Shown: positions 1-7,782 of the stretch, piece after piece
Position numbering within the stretch: the first letter of the stretch is position 1
Layout: each line of letters opens with the position of its first letter
From: Acidobacteriota bacterium
GTDB lineage: Bacteria; Acidobacteriota; Vicinamibacteria; Vicinamibacterales; UBA2999
DNA: 64,000 nt
Reading direction: 5' to 3'
Assembly (NCBI GenBank): GCA_030650395.1
Contig: JAUSDY010000104.1
Span: 57,071-121,070 of the forward strand
Position numbers and translations under genes: made by a program
Notes under the pieces: generated by a model
Database searches by the model: none
What the model was told of the DNA's origin: nothing
What the model saw: the letters and a program-made list of their open reading frames with translations, nothing else

Positions 1-110
1 CTCCTTCGTCGATCTGCAAGTTAAGGAAAAGCGCCCAACGTTGCAAATGAGCCGCGCGCCTCGGTGACAGGCTCGCACAGATCGTCGGGCGCGCCGGCTC
101 CATTTGCGTG

Positions 111-446
111 TTATGCCTCGGAGCTGGTTGTGGGCAACCCGAGCCACAAACACACGGCTCGCTCAACGGACGCCAACTGAGCACCGCCGAGTTTTCCCAA
201 CGAACGAATCAACTTGGCGTGCGGAATGGTGACGAGATTCTGCGCATCGAAGACGCCCACGCGTAGGAAGGAGACTGACACGGCCGCCTCGAATCGGGAC
301 TGGCGTGGACTCGTAGTGTGCGGAACGAGCGTGACAAGAGCACGATCGGTGTCCTCTGCGGGGATGCTGATGACCAGCGCGGGCCGCACCTTCGCTGCCA
401 TGCCGAGGTCCACCAACCAGACCTCGCCCCGGCGCGGCGGTGTCAT
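111..446 (-). CDS. PemK/MazF-like endoribonuclease toxin (type II TA)
   Basis: The 111-aa ORF has an N-terminal GEVWLVDLG...RPALVIS pattern and a size typical of MazF/PemK toxins. Its start overlaps the stop of the upstream ORF by 4 nt (ATGA). Confidence 0.7.
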   Translation of the reverse strand: MTPPRRGEVWLVDLGMAAKVRPALVISIPAEDTDRALVTLVPHTTSPRQSRFEAAVSVSFLRVGVFDAQNLVTIPHAKLIRSLGKLGGAQLASVERAVCLWLGLPTTSSEA

Positions 447-778
447 TCAGGCTGCTCGCGACGATCGAGTTCGGTAAACAGGCGATCGGCGGCCGCCACC
501 AAATCGTCGTCTTGCGGCAAGTCGTGCGAGGCTAAGGCCACCCGACGCGCGAGTTCTGCGACGAGCTCCGACCGATCCCGATCCGGGAGCGCCTCGAATT
601 CGTCAAGCAGCTTCTGCGTGGCTTGCGTCACGAAATCAGAGTCCCATGTTGTGTTCTTCGCGTCAAGGTTATCGGGTGATTCCGAGGCATAACTATTAGT
701 AGCCCCCGAAGCGGATCGCTCGCGGGCTACAACGCGCGCGCGATCATCACGTCGATCGCCGCAATGTGCAAAGAACAC
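443..778 (-). CDS. Putative antitoxin partner of the MazF-like toxin
   Basis: This ORF lies directly upstream of the toxin gene and overlaps it. It has an acidic helical C-terminal half (LPDRDRSELVAELARRV) resembling small addiction-module components. The N-terminal extent is uncertain. Confidence 0.45.
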   Translation of the reverse strand: MFFAHCGDRRDDRARVVARERSASGATNSYASESPDNLDAKNTTWDSDFVTQATQKLLDEFEALPDRDRSELVAELARRVALASHDLPQDDDLVAAADRLFTELDRREQPE

Positions 779-1163
779 AAGAGCTTAGCACGCTCCAAGC
801 GCCCTTGTCGCCGGTTTGGATAGCGAGCGTGGAAATGCTGTTCCGCGGATACGCGCGGCCCTCGCGTGTATCGTCACAACATGATGAAGCGCGGCGGCAT
901 GCGCAAACTATTGATTACAGCAAGGTTGCCGCACAAAGGTCCGCGGCCGTCGGCGTGGTTACGCGCGAGCCACGCACGTAACCAGGCCACCGGCGTCCCC
1001 TCACGGCCGGTCCACCGGGCTGCGGACGCCGAACTCTGACCCGGCAAACTCTGTCCCTTGACAACCCGGCGGCGACGATGGCAACGTCGTCGTCATGAGA
1101 GAAACATTACTCGCTCACCCAAGGAGGTTCCGATGACACAGCTAGCCTAGGAGGGCTGCACCA

Positions 1164-1487
1164 ATGCGTTTGAAGATTCACGGAGGCACCGTCTCAGACG
1201 GCGAGACCTCACTCTGCACGACCTGTCGCTCGGCCACCATCATTCGCGGCGCCCGCCTCTCGAACGAAATCATCTCGTGCGGCAAGCGTATGGTTCGAGA
1301 CGAAATCACATTCCGCGTCACGTCCTGTACCGGCTACTCCGATCGGCGTTGCGCGTCTCTGTACGATATGGAAGACATCGCGTGGGTCCTGCGCTCAGAC
1401 GCCCGCACCAAAAAGATCGGGTTCGTGCGCGCCCGCGACCTCAAGCCGGCCGACCGCCACCTACTGGACGAGGACGATTACTCGTAG
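1164..1487 (+). CDS. Hypothetical Cys-rich small protein
   Basis: The 107-aa ORF has an AGGAGG-type Shine-Dalgarno sequence about 9 nt upstream of its ATG. It has a CxxC plus three further Cys. I recognised no family. Confidence 0.5.
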   Translation: MRLKIHGGTVSDGETSLCTTCRSATIIRGARLSNEIISCGKRMVRDEITFRVTSCTGYSDRRCASLYDMEDIAWVLRSDARTKKIGFVRARDLKPADRHLLDEDDYS

Positions 1488-1532
1488 TCACGAGGTGCTC
1501 CGGCGCATCGATGGCACCGCCACGCTGCCCTG

Positions 1533-3203
1533 TTAGTGCCGGAAGTGCCGGCGCCCTGTGAAGACCATGGCCAGGCCGTGCTCGTCGGCGGCGGCGATCA
1601 CTTCCGCGTCCTTCACCGATCCGCCAGGTTGCACGACGGCGGTTGCGCCGGCGATGGCCACGGCGTCGAGGCCGTCGCGGAACGGGAAGAACGCATCCGA
1701 GGCTGCCACAGATCCTTTGAGGCTCACCGACTGCCCCGCCTTCATCGTCGCCACCTTGACGGCGTCGACGCGGCTCATCTGGCCCGCGCCGATCGCGAGC
1801 GTGCGGACGGCGTCGGTGAAGATCACGGTGTTCGATTTGACGTGGGCCATGACGCGCCAGGCAAAGCGCATGGCCTGCCATTCGAGCTCGGTGGGCTGGC
1901 GCCTGGTAACGACCTTGAGCGAATCCGTCGGCCAGGGCAGGTGGGCTTCGATCACCTGATCGCGTTGCTGCACGAGCAGCGCTCCGAGGATCGAGCGGTA
2001 TTCGCGGCCGATCGACAAACCTTCCGCCTTCGCGCGAGGCGCTTCGGCGGACAAGAAGGGTTTGTCGCCACTAGTTTGGGTAAAGGGCGTGAAGTCGGCG
2101 GTGACGACGCGAAGGTTCGTCTTCGTCGCGAGCACGGCCCGAGCGGTATCGCTGGCCACTGACGGCGCAACAACCGCCTCGATGAAGGTCGAGACGATCG
2201 CCCGCGCCGTGGCTTCGTCGATCGGCCGGTTGAGGCCGATGATGCCGCCGAATGCCGCGAGCGAATCGGCGTCGCGCGCGCGGACGTAGGCCTCCGCGAT
2301 CGACGCGCCCGTCGCCACGCCGCACGGGTTGGTGTGCTTGATCACCGCGGCGGCCGGCTCGTCGAACTCCAGCACGATGCGCGCGGCCGCGTCGAGGTCG
2401 AGCAGGTTGGTGAACGACAGCTCTTTGCCCTGCAGGATCGCCGGGGCGCCGAGACCAGCGGGCGGATCGAGTGAATACCAGGCGGCCAGCTGATGCGGAT
2501 TTTCTCCGTAGCGGAGATCACGCAGCTTGTGAGCGTGAATCAAAAGGTCTTGAGGACTTGAGGGCTTGAGGGCTTGCTCTCGTGAGAACGTGTCGCCTTC
2601 GACCGTGACCTCGGCGAGGGTGCCCGCGATGGCGGTGTCGTAACTGCCGGTGTGCGAAAACGCACGGCGCGCCAGCTCGAAACAGAACGCGATCGACGGT
2701 CCGCCGGCGCGGTCGAGCTCGGCAATCACTTCGTCGTAATCCTTCGGCGAGACGACGATCAGCACGTCGCGAAAGTTCTTGGCGGCGGCGCGCACGAGGC
2801 TGGGGCCGCCGATGTCGATCTGCTCAATCAGATCGTCGAACTGGATGCCGGGCTTCGCCGCGGTCTCGACGAAGGGATAGAGATTCACCACGACGAGATC
2901 GACCAGGCCGATGCCGTGTTGCGCGGCCAGCTGCAGATCTTCAGGGTGATGCCGGCGCGCGAGAATGCCGCCGTGGATCTTGGGATGCAGCGTCTTGACG
3001 CGGCCGTCCATCATTTCGGGAAAGCCGGTGACGTCGCTGACGTTCACCACCGGTAAGCCGGCCTCGGCCAGGGCCTTGGCGGTGCCGCCGGTCGACACCA
3101 GCTCGAAGCCCCGCTCGGCGAGGGCCTTGCCGAATTGAATCAGTCCCGACTTGTCAGAAACACTGAGAATCGCACGGCGCATCAACACCCTCTGAGGCAC
3201 CAC
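1533..3203 (-). CDS. purH: Bifunctional AICAR transformylase / IMP cyclohydrolase
   Basis: Full-length PurH-like translation (ILSVSDKSGL, KTLHPKIHGGIL, GENPHQ, VIKHTNPCG, QPGGS). The true start is probably the MRRAILS Met at 3182, because a repeat hairpin overlaps 3196-3215. Confidence 0.95.
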   Translation of the reverse strand: MVPQRVLMRRAILSVSDKSGLIQFGKALAERGFELVSTGGTAKALAEAGLPVVNVSDVTGFPEMMDGRVKTLHPKIHGGILARRHHPEDLQLAAQHGIGLVDLVVVNLYPFVETAAKPGIQFDDLIEQIDIGGPSLVRAAAKNFRDVLIVVSPKDYDEVIAELDRAGGPSIAFCFELARRAFSHTGSYDTAIAGTLAEVTVEGDTFSREQALKPSSPQDLLIHAHKLRDLRYGENPHQLAAWYSLDPPAGLGAPAILQGKELSFTNLLDLDAAARIVLEFDEPAAAVIKHTNPCGVATGASIAEAYVRARDADSLAAFGGIIGLNRPIDEATARAIVSTFIEAVVAPSVASDTARAVLATKTNLRVVTADFTPFTQTSGDKPFLSAEAPRAKAEGLSIGREYRSILGALLVQQRDQVIEAHLPWPTDSLKVVTRRQPTELEWQAMRFAWRVMAHVKSNTVIFTDAVRTLAIGAGQMSRVDAVKVATMKAGQSVSLKGSVAASDAFFPFRDGLDAVAIAGATAVVQPGGSVKDAEVIAAADEHGLAMVFTGRRHFRH

Positions 3204-3256
3204 TAAAGGGGTGCCCTACGAATGACCGGCACCCCCAGAAAGGGGTGCCCTACGAC
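3196..3256. repeat. Two tandem GGCACC(CC)-loop-GGGGTGCC hairpins, each followed by CTACGA
   Basis: I read GGCACC/GGTGCC at 3196-3215 and GGCACCCC/GGGGTGCC at 3228-3249. The same GGGGTGCCCTACGA word recurs, reverse-complemented, at about 49860-49875. Confidence 0.8.
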
Positions 3257-3479
3257 CAGATTTCAACGACGCGAAGAAAAAACGAACATCCAAATAATTA
3301 TCGGCGCGTTTTCGGAATTGACACCAAATGTAACGACTCGGTATCATCCCGGCAGTCCATTTCTGCGGACCAGAAGGCCGCAAGTTGCGGCCTTTTTTTG
3401 TTGCCCCTACCTCATCAGAAGGTGCGATGGGGGTCGATCACTACGGTGGCTCAGCCACCTGCAAGACAGGAATAGAACG

Positions 3480-3686
3480 ATGCGCATTACAGGCAAGGTC
3501 AAGTGGTTCAACAACGCCAAGGGCTACGGATTCATCGAGCGCGAAGGCGGCAGCGATGTGTTCGTGCACTACTCGGCGATCCAAGGCGCCGGTTTCCGTT
3601 CGCTCGAAGAGGGACAGCCGGTTGAATTTGAAATCGTCGACGGGCCCAAGGGTCCGCAGGCCGGCAACGTGACCCGCGCCGCCTAG
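3480..3686 (+). CDS. cspA: Cold-shock protein (CspA family)
   Basis: The 68-aa product [34 protein letters not shown] carries the RNP1/RNP2 motifs. It has a long 5' leader, and the longer track ORF from 3222 is rejected. Confidence 0.95.
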   Translation: MRITGKVKWFNNAKGYGFIEREGGSDVFVHYSAIQGAGFRSLEEGQPVEFEIVDGPKGPQAGNVTRAA

Positions 3687-3701
3687 CAACCTCTTGATCC
3701 A

Positions 3702-3741
3702 CCCGGTGCCGGGCTCCCTCCCGGCACCGGTCGTTTTCTCC
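3702..3741 (+). terminator. Rho-independent terminator of csp
   Basis: An 11-12 bp GC stem (CCCGGTGCCGGG / CCCGGCACCGG) with a 6-nt loop is followed by TCGTTTTCTCC. Confidence 0.8.
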
Positions 3742-3790
3742 AACAACGTAGCGCGGAACTTCAGTTCCGCGACCAGCCCAAGCCAAACAA

Positions 3791-4417
3791 CTACTCTTCG
3801 TCCTTAACCGGCTTCACGGTCAGCGACACTTTGCCGTCTTTCATCGCCACGCGAAACGCGACCTCGGTGCCGTCGGCGCTGTACTTCTCGACCTGCGCCT
3901 TGACGAGCGCCGCGACGCGATCGAACGCGAGCGGCGCTTCGCCGGTTTCCTTCCGCGCGGCCGCCAGCCGTTCGTACAGCTCTTGCACACGCCCGCCCTC
4001 AGTGTCGGGATTCTTCACCCTCGCCTCGTGCACCAGCCGCTCCGCCGCCGGATCTTTCGGCTCGGGCGCTTTGCGTGCCTCGGCCGCAGGCGCTTCATCG
4101 GGCTCGCGCACCGGCGCCGACGAAAACGTCGCGCCGCGCTTCGGCTTGCCGAACTCGTGCGAGTTCAGCAGCCGCTCCCACAGCTCGCACAGTTTCGCGT
4201 ACCGCGTCTGAATCGTCAGGAACCTGAAGCGGTCGGCGGTGTTCTGGATGTACTGGCGATCGAATTTCTTGACCAGCCCGTCAACGCGCTTGCGCGTCTC
4301 AAACGGCTGCCGCGCCGCGCGGCCGGTGAGGTACATGTTGTACTCGGCCTCGAGGCGCTTGATCTCGCCGTCAAGCCCCATCATCTCGCGATCGAAGTCT
4401 TTCTTTTCGGGCGGCAC
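3791..4417 (-). CDS. Hypothetical coiled-coil protein
   Basis: The 208-aa ORF has codon usage consistent with the host. It has a helical N-terminal part and a Pro/Ala/Glu-rich linker. I could not confirm a family. Confidence 0.6.
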   Translation of the reverse strand: MPPEKKDFDREMMGLDGEIKRLEAEYNMYLTGRAARQPFETRKRVDGLVKKFDRQYIQNTADRFRFLTIQTRYAKLCELWERLLNSHEFGKPKRGATFSSAPVREPDEAPAAEARKAPEPKDPAAERLVHEARVKNPDTEGGRVQELYERLAAARKETGEAPLAFDRVAALVKAQVEKYSADGTEVAFRVAMKDGKVSLTVKPVKDEE

Positions 4418-4426
4418 GCGAGGGTC

Positions 4427-4831
4427 CTAGTCGAGCAGCAGAAACCAGATCAGCGGCAGCCACAGCTCGCGCGAGTACGGAATCGGGCGATCGTCGATCA
4501 GCACCTCGCAGCCATGGGGGCCGACGATCTCGAACAGGTCCTTGAGCCGCAGCGCGTCGCCCGAAAAAAATCGCGCGCGATGGCGCCGGTTGGCGCCTTC
4601 GCCGAGCTCGAGGTATTCGGCCGAGGCCCTGGCCTTCTCCACCGCGCGGTCGTATTCGGGGCCGTCGAACGGCGGGAACACCAGCGTGATGGAAAACGGC
4701 AGGTCGCGCGGCCCGAACAGCGTGGCATGCAGGTCGGGATCGAGCGCCGCAAGCTCCTGGGCCGTGGGCTCTTCGGGCGTCTCCACGTACGGCCAGAATC
4801 GTTCAAGAGGACGGTGCGTTCTCTGCGCCAT
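4427..4831 (-). CDS. Hypothetical protein
   Basis: The 134-aa ORF ends 9 nt upstream of the 3791-4417 ORF on the same strand, so the two are probably co-transcribed. I recognised no motif. Confidence 0.5.
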   Translation of the reverse strand: MAQRTHRPLERFWPYVETPEEPTAQELAALDPDLHATLFGPRDLPFSITLVFPPFDGPEYDRAVEKARASAEYLELGEGANRRHRARFFSGDALRLKDLFEIVGPHGCEVLIDDRPIPYSRELWLPLIWFLLLD

Positions 4832-4879
4832 TGTGAATGGGAATCGTACCTTAAAGACTGCACGGCATAAAGTGCCTAG

Positions 4880-6292
4880 GTGCGTACGGTGCCTGAGGTG
4901 CCTAGGGGGTTGGTGCCGGTGCTATTCTGGCCCGTGCCTGATTTTCGACTGATTCCCGCGATCGACGCGCTTCGACAACGTGACGGTGTGCGTGCGCTTG
5001 AAGCGACGTTTGGCGCCGACGCCACCACCGACGCCCTCCGCGTTGGCGCGGAGCAACTGCGCGGCGCCATTGCATCCGGGGCCGGGCCGTCGAATGCCGA
5101 ATCAGCCGCTGCCCAAATCGAACAGGCCGCCGCAACCTCGCTCACCGTGCGGGCGCGCGGGTCGTTGCGGCCCGTCATCAATGCCACCGGCGTCATCATC
5201 CACACCAACCTCGGGCGGGCGCCGATTGCGCCCGCGGCGCTCGAGAGGCTGGCGGAGGTTGCGAAGGGCTACTCGAACCTCGAATACGACTTGTCTGAGG
5301 GCGCGCGCGGATCACGCAGCGTGCATGCCGAATCGCTCATCACCGCGCTCACCGGCGCCGAGGCGGCGATCGTCGTCAACAACAATGCCGCGGCGATCCT
5401 GCTGATCCTCACCGGGCTCGCCGAGGGCCGCGAGGTGCTGATTTCGCGCGGCGAGCTGGTCGAGATCGGCGGCGGCTTCCGCGTCCCCGACGTGATGCGG
5501 CAGTCGGGCGCCGTGCTGCGGGAGATCGGCACCACCAACCGCACCCGCGTCAACGACTACACCTCGGCGGTATCGCCGAACACCGCGATGTTCCTGCGGG
5601 TGCACCCATCGAACTTCCGCATCGAGGGATTCACCGAGCGGCCGTCGCTGGCCGAGCTGATCGCCGGCGCGCAGGCGATGCGCGTGCCGGTGATCGAGGA
5701 CCTCGGCAGCGGCTGCCTGGTCAGCGACCTGGCAGATGAGCCGACGGTGCAGGCGTCGATCGAAGCCGGCGTCGACCTCGTCTGCTTCAGCGGCGACAAG
5801 ATGCTGGGCGGGCCGCAGGCCGGCATCATCGCGGGCAAGACAGCTCTCGTCGATCGGCTGCGCGCGCACCCGCTGATGCGGGCGCTCCGGGTCGACAAGC
5901 TCACCTACGCGGTTCTCGAAGCGACGCTGGCGGAGTACGTGGCCGGTCGCGCCGCCGCTACCGTTCCGGTGCAGCGCATGCTGCACGCCAGCGCCGAAGA
6001 GATCGAAGAGCGCGCGCGGGCGCTTGGCGATCGCCTGGCCGCCGGCGGCTGGAACGTGGCGCTCGTCAGCGGATCGTCGGCGGTTGGCGGCGGCAGCGCA
6101 CCCGGCCTCGGGCTTGCGACGGTGCTCCTGACGATTCAGCGTGAAGGACAGTCGGCGTCGGCCACCGAAGCGTGGCTGCGGACGTTGGACCCGCCGGTCA
6201 TTGCGAGGATCGAGAACGACCGCGTCGTGTTGGACTTACGGACCGTACTTGCCGAGCAGGATGACGCGCTGACGCGCGTGTTCGGGGTCTAG
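4880..6292 (+). CDS. selA: L-seryl-tRNA(Sec) selenium transferase
   Basis: SelA-like translation throughout (NATGVIIHTNLGRAP, FSGDKMLGGPQAGIIAGK). The GTG at 4880 lies inside a GGTGCC repeat, so a GTG at 4934 (VPDFRLIPAIDAL) is the more likely start. Confidence 0.88.
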   Translation: MRTVPEVPRGLVPVLFWPVPDFRLIPAIDALRQRDGVRALEATFGADATTDALRVGAEQLRGAIASGAGPSNAESAAAQIEQAAATSLTVRARGSLRPVINATGVIIHTNLGRAPIAPAALERLAEVAKGYSNLEYDLSEGARGSRSVHAESLITALTGAEAAIVVNNNAAAILLILTGLAEGREVLISRGELVEIGGGFRVPDVMRQSGAVLREIGTTNRTRVNDYTSAVSPNTAMFLRVHPSNFRIEGFTERPSLAELIAGAQAMRVPVIEDLGSGCLVSDLADEPTVQASIEAGVDLVCFSGDKMLGGPQAGIIAGKTALVDRLRAHPLMRALRVDKLTYAVLEATLAEYVAGRAAATVPVQRMLHASAEEIEERARALGDRLAAGGWNVALVSGSSAVGGGSAPGLGLATVLLTIQREGQSASATEAWLRTLDPPVIARIENDRVVLDLRTVLAEQDDALTRVFGV

Positions 6293-7782
6293 AAGATAGT
6301 GCTGATCGAGGCTTGCGCGAACGCGATGAGCTTCGCGGGCAGCACGCCGAGGTAGAGGATGCCAATTAATGACAGCACCAGGCCTGCCATCGCAATCCTG
6401 CTGATCTGCGCCGGCACCGGCCGCGCGTCACGCTCGGTCATGTACATCATCACCACGATGCGCAGGTAGAAGAAGACCGAGACAACGCTCGAAAGTACGC
6501 CGATGATCGCCAGGCCGTAGTAGTCGGATCCGATCGCGGCGCTGAACACGTACCACTTTGCGATGAAGCCCGCCGTCGGCGGGAAGCCGCCGAGCGACAG
6601 CAGGAAGAACGTCATCAGCGTGGCCAGCCCCGGATGGCTGTGCCACAGGCCCGCATAGTCGCGCAGGTCGTCATTGGCGCGCTCGCGCGTGCCGAGCAGC
6701 GCAATCACGCCGAACGCGCCGAGGTTGGTGAGCGAGTACGCCGCCAGGTAGAACAGGATCGCGGCCTTGCCCGTTTCGCCACCCGCGCCGCTGCCGGCGA
6801 CCAGGGCGGTCAGCATGTAGCCACCGTGTGCAATGCTCGAATACGCCAGCATGCGCTTGAGGCTGGTCTGCGCCACCCCCACCACCGTCCCCAGGATCAT
6901 CGTCGCTGCCGCAATCAGCGCCAGCACCGGGGCCCAGTCGGCCACCATCGGGCCGAGCGCGTTCAGAAACACGCGCACGAACGCGGCCACGGCCGCGGCC
7001 TTGACGCCGGTGGACATGAAACCGGTGACGACGGCCGGCGCGCCCTCGTAGGCGTCGGGCGACCACATGTGGAACGGCACCGCGGCAATCTTGAACGCGA
7101 AGCCCACGATCAGCAGTCCGACGCCGAGCAGGATCAGCGGGTTGCCGCTCATCGACTGCGCGGCAATCGACGAGCTGATCGCCTCGAGGTGTGTGCTCCG
7201 GGTCACGCCGTAGAGGAACGCGATGCCGTAGAGGAAGAACGAGCTGGCAAACGCGCCAAGCAGGAAGTACTTGAATGCGGCTTCGGTACCGGCGGCGTTG
7301 TCCCTGCGGATGCCGGTGAGCACGTAGACCCCGATCGACATCGTTTCGAGTGCCAGGAAGATCAGCAGCAGGTCGTTGGCCTGCGCCATCAGCATCATGC
7401 CGAAAATCGAGAACAGCAGGATCGCGTAGTACTCGCCCGCGGGCAGCCCGTCACGCTCGATCGTCTGGCTCGAGAAGATCACGGTGATGATGCCGGTGAC
7501 GGCGATCACGCACACCACGAACAGCGAGAAGTTGTCGGCCGTGACCACGCCGAAACTGGTGGCGTTGCGATCCCACAGCGACGGATTCCCCCCGAACAGC
7601 GTCGTCAATGACGAGGGCCAGGGCGCGGACGTGACCAGGGCGCCCAGCAGCCCGATGATCGCGAGCCCGCCGATGGGCATCTTCTCGCCGCGGTCGCGAA
7701 ACGCCTCGGCGAGCAGCACCACGAGGCCGGCGAGGGCCACGCAGAGCATCGGGATGACCGCGTCGAATTGACTGGTGATCAT
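6289..7782 (-). CDS. nuoN: NADH-quinone oxidoreductase subunit N
   Basis: Polytopic antiporter-like subunit at the last position of the nuo cluster. Its start overlaps the nuoM stop (ATGA). Confidence 0.9.
   Translation of the reverse strand: MITSQFDAVIPMLCVALAGLVVLLAEAFRDRGEKMPIGGLAIIGLLGALVTSAPWPSSLTTLFGGNPSLWDRNATSFGVVTADNFSLFVVCVIAVTGIITVIFSSQTIERDGLPAGEYYAILLFSIFGMMLMAQANDLLLIFLALETMSIGVYVLTGIRRDNAAGTEAAFKYFLLGAFASSFFLYGIAFLYGVTRSTHLEAISSSIAAQSMSGNPLILLGVGLLIVGFAFKIAAVPFHMWSPDAYEGAPAVVTGFMSTGVKAAAVAAFVRVFLNALGPMVADWAPVLALIAAATMILGTVVGVAQTSLKRMLAYSSIAHGGYMLTALVAGSGAGGETGKAAILFYLAAYSLTNLGAFGVIALLGTRERANDDLRDYAGLWHSHPGLATLMTFFLLSLGGFPPTAGFIAKWYVFSAAIGSDYYGLAIIGVLSSVVSVFFYLRIVVMMYMTERDARPVPAQISRIAMAGLVLSLIGILYLGVLPAKLIAFAQASISTIF

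Noticed and set aside
766-981. A 71-aa plus-strand ORF in the spacer right of the MazF-like pair.
   Set aside because: I saw no ribosome-binding site, motif or partner gene. It overlaps the 5' end of the putative antitoxin ORF, so it is probably non-coding.
3222-3479. Long upstream extension of the csp ORF (154-aa track ORF).
   Set aside because: The extension runs through repeat hairpins and low-G+C leader sequence. Csp proteins are about 67-70 aa, and the ATG at 3480 gives the canonical [11 protein letters not shown] start.
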